Of a DNA stretch of 29,234 nucleotides, positions 13,987 through 26,362 are shown piece by piece. Where the stretch lies: positions 1-29,234 of the forward strand of contig CBDBCE010000002.1 in assembly GCA_965203315.1 (NCBI GenBank), in the 5' to 3' direction. Positions within the stretch are counted from its first letter, which is position 1, and every line of letters begins with the position of its first letter. The stretch comes from Nitrosopumilus sp. (lineage in GTDB: Archaea; Thermoproteota; Nitrososphaeria; Nitrososphaerales; Nitrosopumilaceae). The notes under the pieces are model-generated. The model was not told the DNA's origin. It searched no databases and was given only the letters and a program-made list of their open reading frames with translations. A program made the translations under genes and the position numbers.

Positions 13987-15505
13987 GAACATTTAACTAA
14001 AAAGAGCCTGGAAATATTTTATTACATAGCGCATACATGCACATTAATATGTAGTGTTGTGTTGTGGAGTACTTGTGTATTATAAATTCAATTTAAAGCA
14101 GTTTCTACCACCATCACTCACAGTCTTATTTCCTTCACATTAATATGAATGTACGTAGATTTATCAAACAAAATTCAAGGTGCATACACACCTACACCGG
14201 AGGTCATCCAACTGGACACCATCTTCAATTACAAAGATTATTTAGAACCCCATGCAACCACCATCAGTGGCCATTCGAAGCCCCTGTGCTTTAAGTTCCA
14301 GCTTGATGAAAAGGGCAAAGCATTGCTGGATTACAGGGATACCAATAGAGGCACATGGAAGAGAATACCAAACCCGTTACTTCAGGTATAACTATTATGT
14401 AGTAGCATATTACACTATTCATGTTTCATGTTCAAACACATTTTAAGACAAACATGTGACATTGATTCAGGAACCGAAGTAATCAACCATTGATATGCTA
14501 CACTTATAGTACCTCATGATCATGTTCATTCTTCACTGCATGCTGGTGCTGTGGGTTGCATACATAGTTGCCAGCCATATAATGCTGTAATTGAAAAGTA
14601 TAGTACAATTATCACAAATTTAAAACACCACAGTTAGTCTGTCATAGCAGACCCTTTATCCACTATCAAAGAAATAGTCATGTAAATCTCATAATTTTGA
14701 GGTGAGAATTTTGCTGCTGTATACAGTTAGGGGGAAGATAAAGTTTACAATAAGTAGTAAACTTCCTGAATTATGAATTTGCTATCTCCAGAGTACAAAG
14801 TGTGATTCATATGCATTATAAGTGGGGTAACATGTACGTAAATGTAAAGTGTGCCCAGAAAATGAATAATAATTATTATTATGCACAGGTTTGTATCTAC
14901 CATACAGTCACTTCCAGTAGTAAGGACACAGCCGGCCACTGTTGATCCATCCATGGATAAAATGGATTTACCATACCTTCAGCGAGACATCCCCAAGTGG
15001 GGCAGGTGGCTACAGGAAGACTCAGTGGAAGAATGGGACATGTTCCTGAAGGAGCCATTGCCACCCCCCTCGAGACATTGGATGCTACCCATACTTTTGG
15101 CCAATAGCCATGCTACCGTCACTAAAGAGCCCAGGGCAGAGACTATCCTACCCATGATCACTCCTACATCCTCAGTGAGCAGTGTGAATTTACAAATTAA
15201 AACTCACCATGAATGCACTGTCATACCACATCATCATCCCTTAGACACTTTAAACCATGTCCCTAGTTTAGAGTGTCTAAGGGATACTGAGGTAACTAAA
15301 ATAAAGCTCAGCTAAAGGTTGGGATACTAAAGGCATATTCATACCGAGACGTTATGCAATCGCAACAATGGCACAACGAATTCGCAATGCAAGTAGATGC
15401 AACAGTTGAGCTAAGCTCTATGGTGGCCAAGAGGTACCAACAAATTGAGAACTCTGAACTCCAAATCCTAAATTTCAACCAACATGCATATTATGTTACT
15501 TTATC

Positions 15506-15836
<331 letters not shown>

Positions 15837-17642
15837 TTGACACTAACAAGGTAATATTGTAGTAGCTATGGTGGCCGCGAAGTTGGAATTCGGAAATTCT
15901 TCGGTATACCTCGGCCAGCTCAACTCCAGCACCTCCTTCCATTGCGTTCGGCGTTTGTCAGCGTTTCTGTTCATACCAAAGCTAGGGGTAACAATGAAAA
16001 AATCGAAGGTGGCCAATTTCGTTCAAACTTGGATCGAAGATGTCATTTAACTAGCTCTACCTAACGGTACATTTTGGTTTCAATTCCGTTACATTTACGT
16101 CGAGTTATGACTCAAAAACTGCCATTTTCGCCGTTAATTTTGGGTTATTGGCCTAGCACAGATTGGCGACGAAAGAGACTCCTCTCGAAACTTGTCCACT
16201 ATGAGAATACTTTGATATCTACTAAATCGTGATAGAAATAGCCCGAAAGAAAACGATCTGTTGGAGTAACCGTTCACTTTCTGCACCTTTGTAGCCAACA
16301 GTCCATATATCAAACGTCGCTGCAACCGATCGCGAGCGCCGATGAAAATGCTCCTAACACCGGGAGATGTCTCACATATCAAGCTAGCCATGAGCCTTAT
16401 ACGAGAAGCTGGAAGCATTTTAAACCATTTGAACAGCAGGCATATATTTATGAGATAATACGCAAAATCGGATTCGACCTATAACAAAGAGAGCTATCAT
16501 TTTAAATCACTCTGTAGGGTAGTAGAGACACGTGCATTATGATATTGCAGATCAAGAAATACTTAAACAAGAAGGAATCACAATCGTATCGCTCATTGAC
16601 AACCGAAGTTCAATTCTAAAATACTATTAGGTATTAATGATCATAAAAATTGAACCCTGCCTACGTACGTAGATCTGTTCTCCAATTTCGCACTATCCAA
16701 ATACTTGCACCATAGACTCTATACCCTCTGGACTGGAAACAATTTATATTACATATAAATTCAATAGATTATCACACGTTCTTTTGTATAAATTATTTCG
16801 ACCGCAAAAGCGGAAGTGTACCCATGCTCGTGCCTTTCCGCGCAGAGTAGAAAATAGGAAAATCGCAAGAAACTTTCGATAGCTAGTCGGCGAAGGAGAT
16901 TTAAGCCTCTGAATAGGTCCCTTACAAGGCAATTGAACCTTTATCACCTAAAAACCTGCAGGAGTAAGTAAGCATAAGATTTCGTTCGCCGTCAAGTTAG
17001 CTTGCCCTTGGTTGCGAATTTGTGTGCAAATTTTCGGGACGAACATAAGGTTTCGCCAGGACTAAACAGCTATCGAAGGATAGACTAAGCTTGGTTCTAT
17101 TCCACTGGGAAGGTAGTTATTGCTCAAACTGTACACTAGAAAAGTTATTGATCAAAGTGTGAAACCTCGCGTGTTAGTACGTACCCTGCACTGTTTACAA
17201 ATTTTTACGGCTCCTACCGGGTAGAGCAAGGCAAGTGACATTTCAAATGACGTGTTACGTGCCATTCTACCAAATAGGGGTGGTCACGAGCTTTCATAGT
17301 CCCTATAACAACTAAAAAGCACAGCTTTTATAACGGCTTGTCCATGTGATCCTCAACGGGCGAGCTCAAAAAAATTACGGGTAAGAAAGGTAGAGGGTGC
17401 AAAAATGCAATTGATTGTTTACATAGCAGCAGCCATACAAGGATGTAGTTACATCTACTGATAATGCACCAGCTGCCTTTGTTCAACAAAAGTAACAGAA
17501 GACAACAATGAAACTAGTTACAATCATCCTGATCAGGCCCCTGCTGCCTTTGTTCAGTACCAGTACTTGACAATGAACTTCCTGTAAGAATAAAAAGGAA
17601 CAGTTCAGTGAAGTTAGTTAGCTCTAACAAGTCTTAGTGAGC

Positions 17643-20600
17643 ATGTCCTCAACAAAAATGTACAAGAAGAGGGGGCCGAGAAGTAGCAAGCGGTTGGCAC
17701 CAGTCCCCAAAAAGAGAAAACAGGTGAGCTCCTACAATGTAGAAATTAGTTGTAGTACCTTACTATTAATTTATACTTGTGCAGGCACCACAGTGCACAA
17801 TATCTGATGTGTATGCTGTTCTCCAAGAATCACCTGGCTACAACAAAGTAAGTGCACAACACTGCGGATTCTATAGGTTACTTCAGCTGCATGTGCATTA
17901 GAAACTTCAGCAACAGCAATGAGTTCTGTTATTTTTCGTACATGGCACAGTGGACTGATGTGACTGTGGATGCTAGCACTGGAATCCAGTTGATACAACT
18001 TGAAATTAAGGATGACCTGCCTAGTACAGTTGACCCAATTTCTAAAACCATGACATTGACAGTCAACGTAGGTCGGGAATGGCATCTGTATGTGCTTGGG
18101 AAGTATGTGACACAGGGAACCTGCCCAGCACTGAATGCACTACAACCACAGTTGGATTGCGATTCTGCCAAGACTTTCTTGGAAGAAATTGGTGCCCTAA
18201 CGATATGTCCAGGAAATACCAAGCCTACATACATAGATCTTGTCAAAAGGAAACATGGCATGCTAGTAAACCCCTTGGGAGAAAAGACAGTGGAGATTGA
18301 TTCAAAGAGCCATATGCAGACTGTCAGACACACAAATTGCCATATGCTCATAAAAGCTAATGAAGCCCAATGTCTACAGTGTAGACTTAGTAAAAAGATG
18401 ATGCAGATGAGAGTTGCCAGAGCAAAAGGTCAGCCCATGCTAACATACTTGCTGCTTAGCTTATGTATTTACATATGTACTTACATTACTGTAGCGAGAA
18501 TTGCGAGACAGTTTGGGGAGACAACCAATTGGAAACACTTGACCACCCCACAGAAACGTCTGCAACATGAACGAAAGGTAAAGGCAGCCCGAAAATGGAA
18601 AAGAAAGGCTACTAACTTGGAGAAAAGGGTGACTGCGATTATGATGGAAAGGGAGGTTATCGTTGATAACGAACTCGATGCAAGTCTCAGTCCTGCCCTT
18701 CAAGATTACCACAATGCCATGCAGAAGTTGCCAACAACAGATATTAAGAGGATATTTTGGGAACAGTGAGTTCACAAAACAAAATGATGCATTTGTGTAA
18801 ATAGACCAAAAAGATATTTAGACCTAAACTTGTCTCTGCATAGACAAATGAAAGCTGTGTCCACAAAGGGACCACAGGGCATGCGGTGGAATCCCATTAT
18901 GCTGAGAATGTGCTTACAACTGAGGCATTACTCTCCCACTGGCTACGAAATGCTTCGCAAGGTAGTTAAACTTCCATCAACACGGACCTTGAGGGACTAC
19001 ACACACTGGTTCAAGAGTACCCCAGGTCTGCCTATAGCTATTATTATTTAAAATGATGATACAATTGTCATATTGATTCTAAATTATTATGCATGAAACA
19101 GGTATCCAGAAGGAAACCTTGCAGCAACTGAAGGAGGTATCTGGGATTGAAGATGGACCACACAGGAACCGCTTGATAGCATTGGTGATGGACGAGATGA
19201 AAATAAAAGAGGACGTTGTGTACAACCACAATTCCGGACAAATTGTTGGTTTCACGAATATAGGCGAGGCCAACAATGAGATCATGGGCATCACTCGTGC
19301 TATGGCCACCACATCCAGCAGCCCTAGGTCTGCTGTTACAACAATTGCCACACATGTAATGGCATTCATGGTTCAGGGTATTTGCAGTTCCCTGAAGTTT
19401 CCCCTCGCCCATTACCCAACCAAGGACCTAACTGGAGATCAACTCTATGGTATGGTGTGGGAAGTTGTAGAAGCCCTAGAAGTGGCAGGTTTCAAGGTGA
19501 GTAATTACAAATAATAACATCACCCAAAATACATAGAATCTACCGAGCCAGTACATATACGTACGTACGTACTCTATACAGGTTATGTGCATTACTGGAG
19601 ATGGTGCGTCAACAAATCGGCAATTTTTCCGCATACATGTCAGTGAGGAGGGGACCAAATTTGGTGTGACATACAGGACAAGAAACAAGTTTGCTCCTGA
19701 CCGCTTTATCTATTTCATTTCGGATGTGCCACATCTGATCAAAACAGTTCGCAACTGTTGGCACCAGTCAGGATGGGACAAACATCGCATTCTCCTGGTG
19801 AGCTGATACAATGTACAATGTTTCATGTCTCAGCGTTTGTGCATAAAAATATACGTATATATATATCACACAAAAGCATCCACCATTATGTTATATAAAA
19901 TCTCCACTATAGAACAACGGATTTTACATTATGTGGAGCCATCTTGTCAAAGTCTATGAAGAAACCAGAACTGCCTCAGGACTTTTCACAACAAAACTGA
20001 AACATGAACACATACACCTAACCTCCTTCTCAAAGATGAGGGTTAACCTAGCAGCACAGGTACGTATGGTAAATACATGTGAATTATCACACTATATACT
20101 ATGAAAAATTTCCTAGGCACTCAGCTCATCGGTTGCACATGCCATGAAGTCCATCGACAGCAGAAGTGGATCGACATATAACAACATGACTGCCACCATT
20201 GAATTCTGCCAAATGTTCGATCGCTTTTTTGACTGCCTCAACTCGAGATCATTAGATGAGGCCCAAAGAAGGAGGAAGCCAGACATTGATGCGTACAAAT
20301 CTGTACAGGATTCACGGTTTCAGGTACTAATGCATATGCATACATACATACAAGGACATTAATATGCATTACTATGACAGTTACATTACATTTTATCATC
20401 AAAATAGTGGTTGGAGGAAACATTTATCAAATATCTATTGGACTGGGAGGACAACGTTAAGGCACTACCAGGTTACACAAATGCACAAAAGGAGAGAATG
20501 CTTTTGAGCAGGGAGACAAGGGAAGGTCTCAAGATCACAAGTATGTAGATATAAAATACTATAGTTGAAGGTCGACTGTTTAATGATCCTGATAATTTTT

Positions 20601-20910
20601 GTATACAGCAATGTCATTTGTGGAGCTTGGGAAACTAATACTGCAGGAAGAAGGGGTTCAATACTTCTTTAGCTGTCGGCTCAACCAAGATGGCTTGGAA
20701 ACCTTCTTCGGCCACCAAAGATCGCGTGGACGGTACAATGACAACCCAACAGTTGCTCAATATCTTGACAACTGCAACAGCCTTAGGTTGATGGTTGCAT
20801 TATCATTGGAGGGGAAACGTATCAACACACAGCTACAGGACTCTGACAAGACAATGGCAACAGTGCCACTGAGACGAAGACGACAAAGGAGACACAGGAA
20901 CAGTTTGTAA
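17643..20910 (+). CDS. P-element/THAP9-family transposase core, 11 exons, ~824 aa, intact; no THAP domain and no C-terminal domain
   Basis: Exons 17643-17723, 17785-17847, 17951-18428, 18495-18765, 18844-19025, 19102-19496, 19582-19797, 19913-20059, 20117-20323, 20408-20540 and 20609-20910 total 2475 nt, all GT-AG and in phase. Motifs: MRWNP...SPTGYEMLR..LPSTRTL (HTH), LVMDEMKI (D1), ITGDGASTN (D2), DVPHLIKTVRN, KMRVNLAAQ and FDCLNS (GTP-binding insertion), RLNQDGLETFFGHQRSRG..NDNPT (E). Confidence 0.92.
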
Positions 20911-21920
20911 TACGTACATGAAGAACTACAATAATATGACTCACTTAATTTGAGTTGCTTCCGTATTCCTTTTGCTCCTTTTGTGTTCTTTGCCTTTTGG
21001 CGCTTGTACAGTTCAACAATCATACTAGTTATTGCATGGCCTCGCATTTTAATCCAAAGGTCTACCATCTCCTTTAGTAGAGCTTGACTATCCCTTTCAG
21101 TGGTTATGTCAAGAGAGATTGTGGCCCATAGAAACTGCAAATGTTCATTACTACAAACTGCAGCAGCAATGACTGTATTGTCTTTAGGCTGATCACCTTC
21201 TAGTATTGGCTGTAAGTGCATGTATGTGACGCTCTCGATGCACTTAAACAAGGTAAAAGCGCTGGGGTTCACAAGTGATAGTCCTCCTCTGTCAACGTCT
21301 TGAAACCATTCTTCCAAGAAATCTTCAAAGCGACTGTCGTCATCCTCATACTTCCCACCGCTCAGGAGGTTGATCAGCGTCTCTGTAACTTCGGCTGCTG
21401 AAGGTGTGTCGATCTTCACGTACTTACGCTGCAATCTTCTCACTACGAAACCGCTCGCATACATAATAGCCTTCTCTTCCTCTGGAGTGAAAATACGTTC
21501 GCTTATCTCTCCACTGTCGTGGGTGCTCCTGGTGATCCGAGACAACAGCATTTCCACCCATTGTCGAGACACAGCTTGGTACGTAAGCGGGTCGATCGGT
21601 GTCTCGATAGAAGCCCGGACTTTTTCCCACAAAGTCGGAAGCTCGGTCGTACTAGCAACGTGAAACTTAGCCCAAAATGTCTTGTACTTGGTGGGTGCGC
21701 AGTCCTGTACAACCTTTTCCAAGACCTCACGAATGTTCATCAAATGTCTCGATACCCTCTGGCGAGAAACAACGTTCTTCAAATGTCCCTTCAGAACAGA
21801 GATTTGCTGGAGAACCATTGCTTGCTGAGATGATACCACCAAATAGCAATCTTTCGCTTGGAGACGTTCCAAAACAGTCAAAAATTCAACGCAGATGCTC
21901 TCCATTCTCGAGGCTCGCAA
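20757..21920 (-). CDS. second P-element gene: stand-alone protein resembling the P transposase C-terminal domain
   Basis: 387-aa ORF inside the TIRs, with motifs EEKAIMYASGFVVRRL, WFQDVDRGGLSLVNPSAFTLFKCIE and VDLWIKMRGHA and a basic tail KRQKAKNTKGAKGIRKQLK. A GTGAGT donor at 20944 (minus) suggests the real 3' end may be spliced rather than read through to 20757. Confidence 0.8.
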   Translation of the reverse strand: MRASRMESICVEFLTVLERLQAKDCYLVVSSQQAMVLQQISVLKGHLKNVVSRQRVSRHLMNIREVLEKVVQDCAPTKYKTFWAKFHVASTTELPTLWEKVRASIETPIDPLTYQAVSRQWVEMLLSRITRSTHDSGEISERIFTPEEEKAIMYASGFVVRRLQRKYVKIDTPSAAEVTETLINLLSGGKYEDDDSRFEDFLEEWFQDVDRGGLSLVNPSAFTLFKCIESVTYMHLQPILEGDQPKDNTVIAAAVCSNEHLQFLWATISLDITTERDSQALLKEMVDLWIKMRGHAITSMIVELYKRQKAKNTKGAKGIRKQLKLSESYYCSSSCTYYKLFLCLLCRLRLSGTVAIVLSESCSCVLIRFPSNDNATINLRLLQLSRY

Positions 21921-22905
21921 CTTCAGGGTTTATCCTTTCACACTTGTTAAAGGTGGATATGAATATCGTTGGTGTCAAATTTTTGCGGGTAAGTGGGCGG
22001 TTACGTGCAAAGTAAACCGGAAGCGAGTCACGAGCATAGGAACAGGGCACGTATATCAGTTTCCAGTCCAGAGGGTATAGAGTCTATGCTTGCACGTGCA
22101 CCGTTTTATTGCGCAATCTGTTAAAATGTCGGTTGAGCGATACGATTGTGATTCCTTCTTGTTTAAGCATTTCTTGATCTGCAATATCATAATGCACGTG
22201 TCTCTACTACCCTACAGAGTGATTTAAAATGATAGCTCTCTTTGTTATAGGTCGAATCCGATTTTGCGTATTATCTCATAAATATATGCCTGCTGTTCAA
22301 ATGGTTTAAAATGCTTCCAGCTTCTCGTATAAGGCTCATGGCTAGCTTGATATGTGAGACATCTCCCGGTGTTAGGAGCATTTTCATCGGCGCTCGCGAT
22401 CGGTTGCAGCGACGTTTGATATATGGACTGTTGGCTACAAAGGTGCAGAAAGTGAACGGTTACTCCAACAGATCGTTTTCTTTCGGGCTATTTCTATCAC
22501 GATTTAGTAGATATCAAAGTATTCTCATAGTGGACAAGTTTCGAGAGGAGTCTCTTTCGTCGCCAATCTGTGCTAGGCCAATAACCCAAAATTAACGGCG
22601 AAAATGGCAGTTTTTGAGCCATAACTCGGCGTAAATGTAACGGAATTGAAACCAAAATGTACCGTTAGGTAGAGCTAGTTAAATGACATCTTCGATCCAA
22701 GTTTGAACGAAATTGGCCACCTTCGATTTTTTCATTGTTACCTCTACCAAAGCGTAATAATTCTTCAAATTGTCATCACTGCACAGAATACTTACGTAAA
22801 CAAATAATATCCGTCACGATCCTGTACCTAATGGACATCTTCCACTCGAGATAGGTCCTCTTCTTCGATCGTCTATGATCGAGTCTTTGTGATCAGTTGA
22901 ACAGC

Positions 22906-23021
22906 TAGTCTCGTACCCAGACCCACCTCCGCCGTTCGGCCATTTATAATTAGAAAGAGGGGGCCCCCTCTTTCTAATTATAAATGGCCGAACGGCGGAG
23001 GTGGGTCTGGGTACGAGACTA
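22906..23021. mobile_element. 116-bp perfectly palindromic MITE with 9-bp TSD (AcademH-like termini)
   Basis: TAGTCTCGTACCCAGACCC...GAGGGGG|CCCCCTC...GGGTCTGGGTACGAGACTA with no loop; TTGAACAGC at 22897-22905 and 23022-23030. TAG..CTA ends with a 9-bp TSD fit AcademH non-autonomous elements (family assignment from recall). Confidence 0.88.
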
Positions 23022-23305
23022 TTGAACAGCTGCAGCCGGCCTTGATAATCGTGTATGATGTTTTCAATATTATATGAAATATATATGTATAGTATACACA
23101 TTATTTCAGTATGGAACAACAACGTAGACACGCATGTATTATACCTATAAAAATTAATGAATATATATTCACACCGTTTAATTCTACGTACTACTTAATT
23201 TATCTGTTTATCCACTTAATTCTCCTGAAAAATGAGTTTCTTTCAAGTCCTGCACATTACATTCTTTAGTGATTCTGAACATTATATATCCACTGTGTAG
23301 AGTCT

Positions 23306-23458
23306 TCAGAACACAAATTTGTGCACCGTGTTTGAGATCTCAGAACACAAATTTGTGCACCGTGTTTGAAATCTCAGAACACAAATTTGTGCACTGTGTT
23401 TGAAATCTCAGAACACAAATTTGTGAACCGTGTTTGAAATCTCAGAACACAAATTTGT
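23306..23458 (+). repeat. 34-bp tandem repeat, ~4.5 copies (TCAGAACACAAATTTGTGCACCGTGTTTGA(G/A)ATC)
   Basis: Seen directly; each unit contains the palindrome CACAAATTTGTG. Confidence 0.95.
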
Positions 23459-24122
23459 TTCCATATTCCCATTGTTCAACATATTAATAATTACACATAG
23501 CTAATATCATCTAACATAATAATAATTCTTAAATTTTGCTGTAGGTGTCCATAGGTAAAAAAGACATCGTGGGAGTTGAGGACACGACTTCTCTTGAAGT
23601 TGAATCCCTAGTGGCTGTACACGTGGCAGATTGTCCTCCACCATCTATAGGAAGGGTGAAAGAGATTAAAGGTAGTCAAATCGAAGTTGCATGGCTCAAA
23701 GGTGCCTACAACAAAGCTTGGCAGCCATGGATGATGGAGGACCCTCAAGATAAAAGGAAAAAAAAGTGCCATGGACTGACTGGGTGTCCAGAAACTCTAT
23801 TTTACTTTTTGATTTTCATTTAACAAAAACACAACATTTAAAGAAAGAGACTGTTACTTGTCTAAAAACTATGTATGACAATCTTAACATGTAATATTCC
23901 TACCTGTACACATATCTTATCAGTAAATGTATGATTGTAAGCTGATTTTTGAAATGGTAATTTACAAAATTATCCAACAATATTCATTTTATATTATTCT
24001 TCTAAAAGTTTCATTTAGCGATCTGGGAATGTTTGCAAAAATTTGCAAAAAAGCAAGCAAAGCCTCGCAATATTTGTGAAACACTCATTCCAAGAATTGG
24101 ACAGTCATTCCAATAAGCTGTT

Positions 24123-24597
24123 CTAGGCTTACAAAGTTGCATACGCTTACAAAGTTGCCTGCGCTTACAAAGTTGCATGCGCTTACAAAGTTGCATGCGC
24201 TTACAAAGTTACCAACGCTTACAAAGTTGCCTGCGCTTACAAAGTTGCATGCGCTTACAAAGTCGCATACGCTTTCAAAGTTACCAACGCTTACAAAGTT
24301 GCATACGCTTACAAAGTTGCCTAGGCTTACAAAGTTGCATACGCTTTCAAAGTTGCAAAGTTGCATACGCTTACAAAGTTGCCTGCGCTTACAAAGTTAC
24401 CTACGCTTACAAAGTTGCATACACTTACAATTTGAAAGTTGCATACGCTTACAAAGTTGCCTGCGCTTACAAAGTTGCATGCGCTTACAAAGTTGCATGC
24501 GCTTACAAAGTTACCTACGCTTACAAAGTTGCATACGCTTACAAAGTTGCCTAGGCTTACAAAGTTGCATAGGCTTACAAAGTTGCATGCGCTTACA
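24123..24597 (+). repeat. second array of the 18-bp minisatellite, ~26 units, same orientation as 3361-4332
   Basis: Same unit and the same variant classes. Confidence 0.98.
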
Positions 24598-25415
24598 GAA
24601 AAAGGTTATTTCTTCATATACCAAGTCACGAAATATAATAATATTCATTGTCACAGCGAAAATGGATAACAAATACGGTGCAACACGGATCCCGTGACAC
24701 AATCATAATACGGATTATGCATGGCTTCCCGTATTGCTCGGGAAGTAACGGGTTCGGTGATATCGTAGCCAACGGGTTGTTTACATAATTATCTCATAGT
24801 TGAGGCGTTTTATCCAATATTGTCAAGTCAAAAGGATGAAATCATACTGGTCTGTGGCTGTTTTTGGCGGGATTTGAAGTATCGGCAACCTCGAAGAAGA
24901 ACTCACGCTCCTCAAGAAAGGATATTTTGAACGCTAGTTCCGCTCTCAACATTCGAAATCAATCTTGTCTCAGTGCGCCTCCGACTCCAGTACTATTCTT
25001 CGACTGGGATCCGAGTTCTTTAGTCCAATGGACAGCTCCATCAGGAAATCTACAGATTTCTGCTAATTGCGTTGACCAAAAGGCAGGTTTAGATGATTTT
25101 ATGCAACTATTATTTTTAACTGGTGTGTATACTGTATTGTTCATGCATCTAGGCATCAATTGTGTGAAGCCTTACAAACTCTACTGCTGAACATCGGTTC
25201 GAAGCTTCCTTGAGGTAATTTTTCCATCAAATATTATAGTTATCTTTCACTTGTCTCTAAGATGTGTTTGTGTGCTATAGACATTTGCTTCTTCGTCCCA
25301 AATTCAAATGAAGGCTTTTCAAAAGACTGATCTCAAACCACAACGTGGAGCAGTATCTGCTAAGATGTGAGTTTACACACTCTTTATGTCACTAGGTAAT
25401 GCTGAGTTAAAAGTC

Positions 25416-26362
<947 letters not shown>

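Larger units (their letters stand above)
16711..22088 (+). mobile_element. complete P-superfamily transposon, 5378 bp, with two convergent genes
   Basis: Perfect 30-bp TIRs CATAGACTCTATACCCTCTGGACTGGAAAC (16711-16740, 22059-22088); 7-bp TSD CTTGCAC (16704-16710, 22089-22095); P-type transposase inside. Confidence 0.96.
15983..22746. mobile_element. foldback-type non-autonomous element with 613-bp inverted arms, now carrying a nested P element
   Basis: Arms 15983-16595 and 22134-22746 are reverse complements (I count about 4 mismatches; identical 94-aa ORFs at 16134-16418 minus and 22311-22595 plus). Termini TAGGGGTAAC/GTTACCTCTA. Direct repeat CCAAAGC at 15976-15982 and 22747-22753. Confidence 0.9.

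Noticed and set aside
16134-16418. 94-aa ORF present twice (also 22311-22595)
   Set aside because: Identity is explained by the inverted arms; no recognisable motif or coding signature.
21370-22080. Plus-strand ORFs antisense to the second P gene, considered as possible extra transposase exons
   Set aside because: No P C-terminal motifs on the plus strand; the motifs are in the minus-strand frame.
23306-23458. 34-bp partly palindromic repeats of CRISPR-repeat size
   Set aside because: Head-to-tail with no unique spacers.
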